Assembly: GCA_049599475.1 (NCBI GenBank)
Contig: JBMYOQ010000079.1
Location: 1-18,164 of the forward strand
Length of the DNA stretch: 18,164 nt
Direction of reading: 5' to 3'
DNA from: Opitutales bacterium
Lineage (GTDB): Bacteria > Verrucomicrobiota > Verrucomicrobiia > Opitutales > JABSRG01
The notes below the pieces were generated by a model. That model had not been told where the DNA came from. It saw nothing but the letters and a program-made list of their open reading frames with translations, and did no database searches. The translations under genes were made by a program, and so were the position numbers. This document shows positions 1-7,844 of this stretch, piece by piece; position 1 is the first letter of the stretch; every line of letters begins with the position of its first letter.

Positions 1-53
1 AATGGTGCACTTTCACCCGCAAATTACTGGTGCATTTTAACCGCAAACCGACA
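1..53. mobile_element. Terminus of an IS21-family-like insertion sequence (element continues off the left edge)
   Basis: Two imperfect direct repeats, TGGTGCACTTTCACCCGCAAA (3-23) and TGGTGCATTTTAACCGCAAA (28-47), are followed by ...CCGACA ending at 53. IS21 elements end 5'-TG...CA-3' and carry reiterated subterminal transposase sites. The GH2 frame has an in-frame TAA at 38-40 inside this segment. Confidence 0.6.
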
Positions 54-58
54 TATGG

Positions 59-2890
59 GTGAACGACCAGGCCGTTCCCGGCGTGCAGGAGAGCCTTTCG
101 GTTCCCCACCGCCACGATCTGACGGAATACTTAAACGTCGGTGAAAACACCATCACCGTGACCGTCGACAATACCATTCGCTTTCACCTGGGCGGTCACT
201 CCTACGCCGAGTCCACCCAAACCAACTGGAACGGCATGACCGGGGACCTAGAGCTTCAAGCCACTCCTGCTGTATACCTGGAAGACGTTCAGGCCTACCC
301 AAAAGCCAGCGATCGCACCGTGAAGGTGAAGGTGGATGTGGGTAACATCCAGGCTCAGGCAGAAGATATCGAGCTCATCGCCACAGTCGGCGAAACCCAA
401 GTCTCAGCCAAGCTGGCCGCCCAAGCCGCGGGCGAAACCACCCACACTTTGAACCTCACCTTGCCGAAGGACACGCTGCTTTGGGATGATAAAACCCCCA
501 ACCTGCACACCTTGGACGTCACCCTCAAGTCTGCGAAGGGTAACATGGCTCGCCAGATGAAGATCGGTCTGCGCGACGTCAGCATCCAAAATAAGCGCAT
601 CGCCATCAATGACATCCCCGTGTTCTTGCGCGGCAATGTGGAAAATTGCGAGTTCCCCCTCACGGGTTATCCCTCCTCAAAGGTGGAGGATTGGCGCAAG
701 ATGTTCTTGGCCTTCCAAGACTACGGCCTGAACCACGTGCGTTTTCACTCCTACACACCTCCCAAGGCCGCTTTCATCGCCGCTGACGAGCTGGGGATCA
801 TTCTCCAAACCGAACTGCCCTTCTGGGGTCTCACCGGTGTTGACGCCGAGAAGGACGCCTACCTGCGCCGTGAGCTCGACCGCATTTTGGATGAATACGG
901 CAACCACGCCTCTATGGTAATGATGTGCATGGGCAACGAGCTCAACGTCCGCGGCGGCGACTGGGATATCGTCGAAGAGTGGGTAGTCCACGGTAAGCAG
1001 AAGAGCCCGCGCCACCTGTTAACCGGATCGACGTCTAAATTCAAGAAGAGTCGCTCCACCGATGAGTTTCACATCTCCACCCGCATTCGCCAACTCTCCG
1101 ACGCCGGCACCAACTGGGACTACCTGCCCGACGTGATCGACTTCTACGGGGAAGAGCTGGACCATCCACCCCTTATCAGCCACGAGCTGGGACAGTGGTG
1201 CGTGTATCCCGACTTTCGCGAGATCGACCAATACACGGGCCCCCTCAAAGCGCGCAACTTCGAAGGCTTCCGCAAGGCCCTCATAGACAACCACATGGGC
1301 GACCAAGCTACGGATTTCACCTTGGCTTCGGGTAAACTCTCTGCGCTCTTGTATCGCCATGAGATGGAAGCCGTCTATCGCACCCAAAACACAGCAGGCT
1401 TCCAACTCCTCCAGCTCCACGACTTCCCCGGCCAAGGCACCGCCACCGTGGGTATCTTGAATGTGTTTCGCGAGCCCAAGGGCGTGATCGAGCCCGCTGA
1501 CTGGCAGCAATCTTGCGCTGAAGGCGTGGCCCTGCTGCGCTTCGACAAGCGCACCTATCATAGCACCGAGACCTTTGAAGGCACAGCCGAGTTCATTCAC
1601 TTCCGCAAGGCTGCCGAGCATCGCCTGCCCTCGAGCTGGCAAATCTTGACCCCCGAAGGCATAACACTGGCGTCGGGCAGATTCGCCCCCGCCGACGCTC
1701 CCATTGGCACCTTGGTTGACCTAGGCAAGATCTCTGTGCCCCTCTCTATAGTGAAAGAGCCCACGCCCCTGACCGTGCGCGTCCAAGTAGAGAACTCTAT
1801 ATCCAACGAGTCGCACATCTGGGTCTACCCACCGGTGGAGCCCGAGGCTGGCGCTGTAGTGGTCCACACCGAGTGGAACGAGCAAACCAAGAGGGACCTC
1901 AATGCCGGAAGGAAGGTGCTGCTCTTGCCTAAGATGCAAGCCGGTCGCGGCGTCGAGCCCGCCCAGTTCCTGCCACCGTTTTGGTCGCCCACGTTCAAGA
2001 CCAAACAAAGCTCCACCATGGGCATGTTGGTGGATCCCGAGCATCCGATCTTTGCTAGCTTCCCGACCGACTTCCACACCGACTGGCAATGGTTCGACAT
2101 CCTCGAACGTCGCGAGCTACCCCAAACAAAGAAGTGGATGTGGTCTGGCTTCGATACCTACGCCCTGGTTTTGGATGATCTACCTGCGGCATACCGCCCG
2201 TTGGTTCAGCCCATTGACCACTTCTATCGCAACAAGCGCCTCGGCTTGGTAGTTGAAGGAACCTATGGTGCCGGTCAGCTGCTTATCTGCACGGCCAACT
2301 TGGTGGAAGACACCGAGCGCCGCGTAGCCGTAAACACCTTCAAGCAAAGCATTCTGAACTACATGAATAGCGCAGACTTCCAGCCCAGCTTGGAGCTCAA
2401 AGACGCTTACTTCGACACTTGGTTCGACTTCGCGGAAGAGGAGTCCAAGCTGCGTATCAAATACGTAAGCTCTCAGCACGACGGTAGACACTTGCACGCC
2501 GATAAGGTGATCGACGGCAACCTTTACACCCACTGGATGAACCACAATAAAGGTGGCGTGACCTACCCTCACGAGATCCACTTTGAGTTGGACGAGCCCG
2601 TGGTGGTCAAAGGCTTCCGCTACACGCCCCGTCAGGATCTCGAGAAACTGGGCCTCATCAAGGACTACGAGTTCTACGTGACCGACCACGCCTTCCACTG
2701 GTATAGCCCTGTGGCCAAAGGCTCTTTCGCCGAGGGCACCAAGACCCAGACCATCATGCTGGAGAAACCCAAAGCCGGTCGAAACTTCCGCTTTGTGGCG
2801 CTATCGGCCATGGATGGTTACCGCATGGCCACCATGGCGGAGTTCGAATTGATCACCGAACCGCTCACCGAGTTTGAATACGTCCCGTAG
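59..2890 (+). CDS. Glycoside hydrolase family 2 protein with C-terminal F5/8-type C (CBM32-like) domain; 5'-truncated, probably an IS-interrupted gene
   Basis: GH2 motifs: WVNDQ..ESLSVPHRHDLT, TQTNWNG, GLNHVRFHS, MGNE (acid/base), SHELGQW (nucleophile). The C-terminal IDGNLYTHW...YPHEIHFEL...YTPRQD...AEFEL segment is discoidin/CBM32-like. The ORF starts at GTG mid sugar-binding domain and has no signal peptide. Confidence 0.88.
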   Translation: MNDQAVPGVQESLSVPHRHDLTEYLNVGENTITVTVDNTIRFHLGGHSYAESTQTNWNGMTGDLELQATPAVYLEDVQAYPKASDRTVKVKVDVGNIQAQAEDIELIATVGETQVSAKLAAQAAGETTHTLNLTLPKDTLLWDDKTPNLHTLDVTLKSAKGNMARQMKIGLRDVSIQNKRIAINDIPVFLRGNVENCEFPLTGYPSSKVEDWRKMFLAFQDYGLNHVRFHSYTPPKAAFIAADELGIILQTELPFWGLTGVDAEKDAYLRRELDRILDEYGNHASMVMMCMGNELNVRGGDWDIVEEWVVHGKQKSPRHLLTGSTSKFKKSRSTDEFHISTRIRQLSDAGTNWDYLPDVIDFYGEELDHPPLISHELGQWCVYPDFREIDQYTGPLKARNFEGFRKALIDNHMGDQATDFTLASGKLSALLYRHEMEAVYRTQNTAGFQLLQLHDFPGQGTATVGILNVFREPKGVIEPADWQQSCAEGVALLRFDKRTYHSTETFEGTAEFIHFRKAAEHRLPSSWQILTPEGITLASGRFAPADAPIGTLVDLGKISVPLSIVKEPTPLTVRVQVENSISNESHIWVYPPVEPEAGAVVVHTEWNEQTKRDLNAGRKVLLLPKMQAGRGVEPAQFLPPFWSPTFKTKQSSTMGMLVDPEHPIFASFPTDFHTDWQWFDILERRELPQTKKWMWSGFDTYALVLDDLPAAYRPLVQPIDHFYRNKRLGLVVEGTYGAGQLLICTANLVEDTERRVAVNTFKQSILNYMNSADFQPSLELKDAYFDTWFDFAEEESKLRIKYVSSQHDGRHLHADKVIDGNLYTHWMNHNKGGVTYPHEIHFELDEPVVVKGFRYTPRQDLEKLGLIKDYEFYVTDHAFHWYSPVAKGSFAEGTKTQTIMLEKPKAGRNFRFVALSAMDGYRMATMAEFELITEPLTEFEYVP

Positions 2891-2904
2891 GACGTGCAGG
2901 GAAG

Positions 2905-2935
2905 GAGGCGCCGTTTTACGGCGCCTCTTTTTTTT
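2905..2935 (+). terminator. Rho-independent terminator of the GH2 gene
   Basis: Perfect 10-bp stem GAGGCGCCGT-TTT-ACGGCGCCTC followed by T8, 14 nt after the stop codon. Confidence 0.9.
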
Positions 2936-3282
2936 GGGGAAAAGTTAATGAACACTTCGATACAAAGTTGCATGCATTCTCCTGATGGATGGAGGGTGTC
3001 GTTTATTGTAAAATTCGCGCCCACCCTTTCGGCATATCCTTAAACATATCTTTTCAAATTGCTTAATTAGCGGGACTTAAACGCTGTATGGGACTCACGC
3101 CCGCTCCCGATGGTCGCTCAAGACACAAAGACGCAAAGCGTAAATGCTGTATATCCTTAGCGCGTCAGCTTTTCATCCCTCATCCTTTTTGCCGATTGGT
3201 TTATCTTGTAAATCCTGTCAGAAATACAGCGCTCAGGCTGATCTGGCCTGAGAAAAATGGATACGGGATTCCACCAATAAAA

Positions 3283-3333
3283 TGTGTAAACGATGTCCGC
3301 GCACACCTGTAAACGATGTACCAAGTCTGTAAA
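3283..3333 (+). mobile_element. Degenerate IS481-family-like right end (remnant)
   Basis: TGTAAACGATGT occurs twice with 23-bp spacing (3285-3296, 3308-3319), then ...GTCTGTAAA. This resembles, from memory, the reiterated IS481-type ends that finish in ...TACA. It abuts a REP that is cut in half at 3334. Confidence 0.45.
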
Positions 3334-3456
3334 CGGAGAGACAACCCTACCATAATTGCGTAAACTTTGGTAGGGTTCTCTCTCCGAGAGAACCGCTGCG
3401 TTTACGGTAAGCTAAATACGATAAAAGCGGTTGTCTCACAGAGAGACAACCCTACC
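3334..3456. repeat. Cluster of three GTAG-type REP sequences (one half copy plus an inverted pair)
   Basis: Half copy CGGAGAGACAACCCTACC (3334-3351); GGTAGGGTTCTCTC-TCC-GAGAGAACCGC (3369-3396, 9-bp perfect stem); inverted copy GCGGTTGTCTC-ACAGA-GAGACAACCCTACC (3427-3456). GAGAGACAACCCTACC is identical in copies 1 and 3. Confidence 0.8.
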
Positions 3457-3463
3457 CCGTGTA

Positions 3464-3613
3464 CTACGGGTGGCTCACCGCTACTCTGCCGAAGCGGGCG
3501 GCTTCGCCACTCTCGCTCAAAACGTTCGGGAATTCTACAGCAACTGCCTCAATCTCCACTCCGACTGCGCTCGTGCCGGTGCCGACGACGTCGCCGCCTT
3601 GGATATTTTCATA
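3464..3613 (-). pseudogene. Orphan 3' fragment paralogous to the C-terminal tail of the 839-aa esterase gene
   Basis: 3470-3613 matches 9359-9502 at 133/144 nt by manual alignment. It translates as YENIQGGDVVGTGTSAVGVEIEAVAVEFPNVLSESGEAARFGRVAVSHP* (TAG at 3464-3466). An in-frame TGA lies 8 codons upstream of the homology, with no start codon between. Confidence 0.85.
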
Positions 3614-3679
3614 GAAGCGCGCCCTTTTGAGAGCGCCTCAGTTAGTTTCCCCAAACGCCGGGATTTACCCGAAGTGGAG

Positions 3680-5212
3680 TTATTCAACTGAAACGAGCCA
3701 CGCGTTGAATGCGTCCTGCATTTGCGCGAGACGTTCGGGATATTGGGAGGACAGGTCGTTCGACTCATTCCGGTCGTTTGCCATGTCGAACAGCTCCCAC
3801 TTTTTCCCGACAAATACAGCCTTGAAGTGACCATCTCTGATAGCGCCTGCTTTTCCCCATTTGAAGAATAAGGGCTGATCACGCTCTAAAGACTTTCCGG
3901 AGAAGGCAGGTAAAAGGCTAACGCCTTGCATGGGAACGATGGTCTCTTCGCGAAATTTCTGGGGATATGTGGCGCCTGTAATATCAACGAGAGTCGCCAT
4001 GATATCGATGAAGTGTGCGGGTTCTCGATAAAAGCTACCGGGCCGTTGGATCTTGCTCGGCCAATTCACGATGAAGGGTGTGTTGATGCCGCCCTCATGA
4101 CTGTAGTTCTTCCAATTGCGCATGGGAGTGTTTTGCACAGTCGCCCAATTCTTGCCGACTGTTTCGTAGCTAGCCACGCTACCAAAGTCTTCGATATTGG
4201 TTGAAAAGACCTTGGCTCCGCTACGCTCCGCGCAGCCTCCATTGTCCGAGGCAAACATGATCAGCGTATTATCGAGGTCGCCATGAGCTTCGAGTGCGTC
4301 TAAGAGGCGTCCGATATTTTGGTCTACACGGTCTAGCATCGCTGCGTAGATTTCCATGCGGCGTTCTTCTTTAGCCCGTTTCTCTGGGTTGAGAGAGTCC
4401 CATTTCTTTTTCTCAATGAGTGTGAGGGGTGTTTTTTCTGGGTCGATTAAGCCCATGACCACCATACGCTCATAGCGCTCTTTCATGATGGCGTTGTATC
4501 CAGAATCGTAACGTCCTGAATATTTGGCGATGTCTTCTGGCCATGCATGGAGCGGGTAGTGGGGAGCGGTATAAGAAAGATAGAGGAAAAACGGAGCTTC
4601 CGAATCTTTATCCTCATCGAGCCATCCGATAGCGCGATCCGTGAAGGCATCTGTAGCATACCATCCTTTTGGCGGCGTGTAGGGAATTATTTTTTTGTCA
4701 TCATCGATAAATGGGCGGCCGCGGCCCTTATTTCCCGGAGGTGGTTCTCCTTCGCGCTGTTCTCCGGGATTCCACATATTACTCGCACCTTCAAGCAGAC
4801 CGTAATAGTGGTCGAATCCGCGATCATACAGGCTCTCTTTGGAGTGGTGTTTGCCAGAGGCGTAAGTCCGATAACCTAAGGGTTTCAGTACCTCTGCGAG
4901 GGTAACGGCGTTGCTGAAACCATTTCTATACGTTTTCGCCATACCACACTGCTGTGCGTATACCCCAGTGAGTAAGGCTGCCCTCGATGGGAAACATTTG
5001 GAGGTATTGTACATTTGGGTAAAACGTAGGCCGTCTTGCGCAAGTTGATCCAGATGCGGCGTCTGAATTTCTCCGCCATAAGAGCCCAGATCGCTATACC
5101 CCATGTCGTCCACGAGGATGAAGATAATGTTGGGGTTCTTTTCAGATCCAGCGAATAGCTGGCAGGCAAGAATGAATACCAGCGCGGTCAGGGGGACTTT
5201 AATGCAATTCAT
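3680..5212 (-). CDS. Formylglycine-dependent (Cys-type) S1 sulfatase, arylsulfatase-like, secreted
   Basis: Signal peptide; NIIFILVDDMGYSD; signature CFPSRAALLTG (C-x-P-x-R); GKHH; YTAPHYPL; SDNG; C-terminal WELFDM..DRNE. Confidence 0.95.
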   Translation of the reverse strand: MNCIKVPLTALVFILACQLFAGSEKNPNIIFILVDDMGYSDLGSYGGEIQTPHLDQLAQDGLRFTQMYNTSKCFPSRAALLTGVYAQQCGMAKTYRNGFSNAVTLAEVLKPLGYRTYASGKHHSKESLYDRGFDHYYGLLEGASNMWNPGEQREGEPPPGNKGRGRPFIDDDKKIIPYTPPKGWYATDAFTDRAIGWLDEDKDSEAPFFLYLSYTAPHYPLHAWPEDIAKYSGRYDSGYNAIMKERYERMVVMGLIDPEKTPLTLIEKKKWDSLNPEKRAKEERRMEIYAAMLDRVDQNIGRLLDALEAHGDLDNTLIMFASDNGGCAERSGAKVFSTNIEDFGSVASYETVGKNWATVQNTPMRNWKNYSHEGGINTPFIVNWPSKIQRPGSFYREPAHFIDIMATLVDITGATYPQKFREETIVPMQGVSLLPAFSGKSLERDQPLFFKWGKAGAIRDGHFKAVFVGKKWELFDMANDRNESNDLSSQYPERLAQMQDAFNAWLVSVE

Positions 5213-5272
5213 TGGTTGGGTAATTGGAAATACGCTGTTGGATTGCCGAATCAGCAGGTAAAAATCGAGAGC

Positions 5273-7744
5273 TCATAGATTCTCAACGAGCTCAGTCTCG
5301 CTCTGCAAGACCGCCTGGGCCTCGTAGATACAAGACCATTGGTTGACGTCCGAGCCATAACAAGTGATGCGGATGTGCTTGGCATCTTCAGGTTGAGGAA
5401 AGCGGTAAAATTCAGCGAACCGAGACTTCCCACTGGTGCCCTCATACACCGGCCGCCAAGTGTTGCCGTCCATGGAAGTAGCTAGCTCGAACTTATAGGC
5501 GCGCTCGTGGCCTTTGAACCAGAGGATAGAAATACCCGACAGCAGCTGGGCTTCCTCCAGCTCATGAATAAGGTAGGGCTCTTTGATATCCGATGCCCAG
5601 CGCGTGTTGCGATCGCCGTCAAAGGCAAGGCTCGGCCCCTGCCCTTTCTGTGCATGATTCGCGCGGCTGCGCCCTTCAATAATTTCGGTCGCGAGGATCT
5701 TTGGATTCGGTGCATCGGGGTCCAAAGTCCACTCCGCGCGGTCGACGAGGTCCCCTGACCTGACGACGATCTCGTTGCTGCCCTCACGCAGCGAGACGGC
5801 ATCCCACTGGATGATAGAGAGGGCATCGGGCGCTTGGGTGCCCAAGGATTCTCCATTTACCCAAAGTTCCACTTCGGCAGCATTGCTGTAAGCCTTCACA
5901 GGAGTCAGCGCCTGCCTGCGGACGGTGTGGCGCTTGCTGGTGAGGTGGAGCATCGGCTCTGGATTCCAGTTGGCCTTGTAGAAGAAAAAGGCATCTTTGC
6001 GCACCTGACGATCGTGGGTCATTAAGCCCTTGTCGTTCACACCTGGGCGGTCGCCTTCATCGCGACGCGCGCTAGCAAAATCAAACATGAGCCAAACGTA
6101 GCTGCCCCAGCAGGGATCGAATTTGGAGATCGATCTGTAGTGATTTTCATGCAAGTAGGCCTGCCACTGCTCCGGGTGCCATTTGCCCTTGGGCGGGACT
6201 TTTTCGAGAGATTGGTCGTGGTGGTAAATAGAGCCACCGGCACCATATTCTGAGACCCCGACCCCCGGGTTTCCATTGCGCACGTTGTAGCTTTTGAGCG
6301 CACCATTCAGGCCTTTGGGGCTCCCGCCATACCAGCCTGGGTAGTTGTTGATCGCAAAGTGATCGGTAATGGAGATGAGATCTTGGCGATTGCGATTTGT
6401 GGCTAAAACAGTGAAGCGCGTGGGGTCTTCTTTCTCGGCGCGTTCTTGCAGAGCTTGCAGCAAGTCGAAGGGGGAGTCCGTCGTACGCTGGAACATTTCG
6501 TTGGTGATTCCCCAGCAAAAGATCGAGCAATGATTGCCATGCTGGCGAATCATTTCGACCAATTGGGCTTCGGTGTTGGCCGCAAACTCAGGCGTAGCTC
6601 GGATTTCATTTACAAGGGGAATCTCCGCCCACACGAGCAGACCGAGTCGGTCGCACAGCTCGTGAGAAAGCCGAGCATGGGGATAGTGAGCCAAGCGGAC
6701 GGTGTTGGCCCCGACCTCCATCACGTATGCATAATCCTCGCGGACCTGCTCATCCGTGAGCGCCGAGCCAAGGGCTTCGTGATCGTAGTGCAGGTTGACG
6801 CCGCGCAAGGGGTAGGATTCGCCATTGAGGAAAAATCCTTTCTCTGGATCGATGCGGTAAAAACGAAATCCAACCGCCTTTGTGTAGCTGTCGACGCGGG
6901 TGCCGCCATCAAACAGCTCCACGGTGAGCGAGTAGAGATAAGGGTCCTTGACCCCATGCCACAAGTGCGGATTGCTAACCGTGAGGACAGATTCGAGCGC
7001 TGCGCTACGCTTTGCCTTTACCGATGCAGACACGTTGCGACTCGCAACAGTCCGACCTTGCGCGTCGGTCAGCGTGACCACCGCATTCACCGTCTGGTCA
7101 TTTTCAGATCCATTATCCGCCAAGATCTGGACCCGCAGATCCGCTCGCTCCTTACTGACATTTTCCTGAAAAAGCCGAACTCCTGGCGAGCCATAGTCTC
7201 GTGGAGAGATGCAAACCGCGTTTTCAATCAACAACTCAGCAGGCCGATGCATCCCCCCTGCCACCGTAAAGTCGCCGGAAAGAGGCGGCACGTCGGCGCG
7301 AAATGCATTATTGGCCCGCACCCGCAGATCGTAGGTGCCATTCCCTTTTACATGATCTGTGAGCTCCACAGTGAAGGCACTGTAGCCGCCTTTGTGTTCG
7401 CCCACAGGGTGCCCATCTACATACACCTCGGCAACGGTTCCCACGGCTTGAAAGTGAACGAAGTAACGCTCCCCTGGAGTGTGGTTTACCACAGTCAACG
7501 CATGTTGATACCAACCGGGGCCTCGGTAGTAGCGGCCCCCGCCCTTGCCGTCTTCGACATTCCAAGAATGGGGAACCGTGACCGGCTCCCAGGTCGCGGT
7601 GGAGGCAGAGGCATCTGCATCCGCTTGGATAAATTTCCAGTTTACGAGGCGCTTAGACTCTTGAGCAGTCGCCGAAATGACAGCGGCAAAACAACAGATG
7701 AGCAGGCCTATTCCGTAAAGGGATCTAAGGGTATTTTTTTTCAT
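5273..7744 (-). CDS. GH2 beta-galactosidase-like hydrolase with C-terminal F5/8-type C (CBM32-like) domain
   Basis: Motifs VPHSWN, HKGGYSAF, GDFTVAGG, GANTVRLAHYPH, WGITNE (acid/base), SEYGAG (nucleophile), NDKGL..DR..RKDAF, then AFDGDRNTRW CBM32-like domain. Start moved from 7783 to ATG 7744 because MKKNTLRSLYGIGLLICCFAAVISATA is a typical signal peptide. Confidence 0.92.
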   Translation of the reverse strand: MKKNTLRSLYGIGLLICCFAAVISATAQESKRLVNWKFIQADADASASTATWEPVTVPHSWNVEDGKGGGRYYRGPGWYQHALTVVNHTPGERYFVHFQAVGTVAEVYVDGHPVGEHKGGYSAFTVELTDHVKGNGTYDLRVRANNAFRADVPPLSGDFTVAGGMHRPAELLIENAVCISPRDYGSPGVRLFQENVSKERADLRVQILADNGSENDQTVNAVVTLTDAQGRTVASRNVSASVKAKRSAALESVLTVSNPHLWHGVKDPYLYSLTVELFDGGTRVDSYTKAVGFRFYRIDPEKGFFLNGESYPLRGVNLHYDHEALGSALTDEQVREDYAYVMEVGANTVRLAHYPHARLSHELCDRLGLLVWAEIPLVNEIRATPEFAANTEAQLVEMIRQHGNHCSIFCWGITNEMFQRTTDSPFDLLQALQERAEKEDPTRFTVLATNRNRQDLISITDHFAINNYPGWYGGSPKGLNGALKSYNVRNGNPGVGVSEYGAGGSIYHHDQSLEKVPPKGKWHPEQWQAYLHENHYRSISKFDPCWGSYVWLMFDFASARRDEGDRPGVNDKGLMTHDRQVRKDAFFFYKANWNPEPMLHLTSKRHTVRRQALTPVKAYSNAAEVELWVNGESLGTQAPDALSIIQWDAVSLREGSNEIVVRSGDLVDRAEWTLDPDAPNPKILATEIIEGRSRANHAQKGQGPSLAFDGDRNTRWASDIKEPYLIHELEEAQLLSGISILWFKGHERAYKFELATSMDGNTWRPVYEGTSGKSRFAEFYRFPQPEDAKHIRITCYGSDVNQWSCIYEAQAVLQSETELVENL

Positions 7745-7844
7745 GTGAAAACGGAAACACGCACCGAGCTGGGTTCGAGGCATCAGCTAGGCTGTTTTAG
7801 GATTAAAAATGGGGAGGACGGGGGATTTAACGGGGTTCGTTTGT

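Noticed and set aside
3285..3456. Mini CRISPR array from TGTAAACG or GAGAGACAACCCTACC repeats
   Set aside because: The repeats are too short, the spacing is irregular, orientations are mixed and no cas genes are present. An IS end plus REPs explains them better.
3464..3682. Stop-codon readthrough or frameshift fusing the sulfatase to the orphan tail
   Set aside because: The two are in the same frame, but the sulfatase TAA and a second stop (TGA at 3638-3640) both intervene. The fragment also lacks about two-thirds of the C-terminal domain.
3088..3691. Short + strand ORFs 3088-3312, 3367-3630 and 3431-3691 (and the similar 9274-9534)
   Set aside because: They run across repeats or antisense to the duplicated tail. 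Their mutual similarity merely reflects the nucleotide duplication.
7734..7741. A8 tract at the GH2 start as a phase-variation site
   Set aside because: ATG-AAA-AAA-AAT is a common signal-peptide start, the tract is short and the frame is intact.
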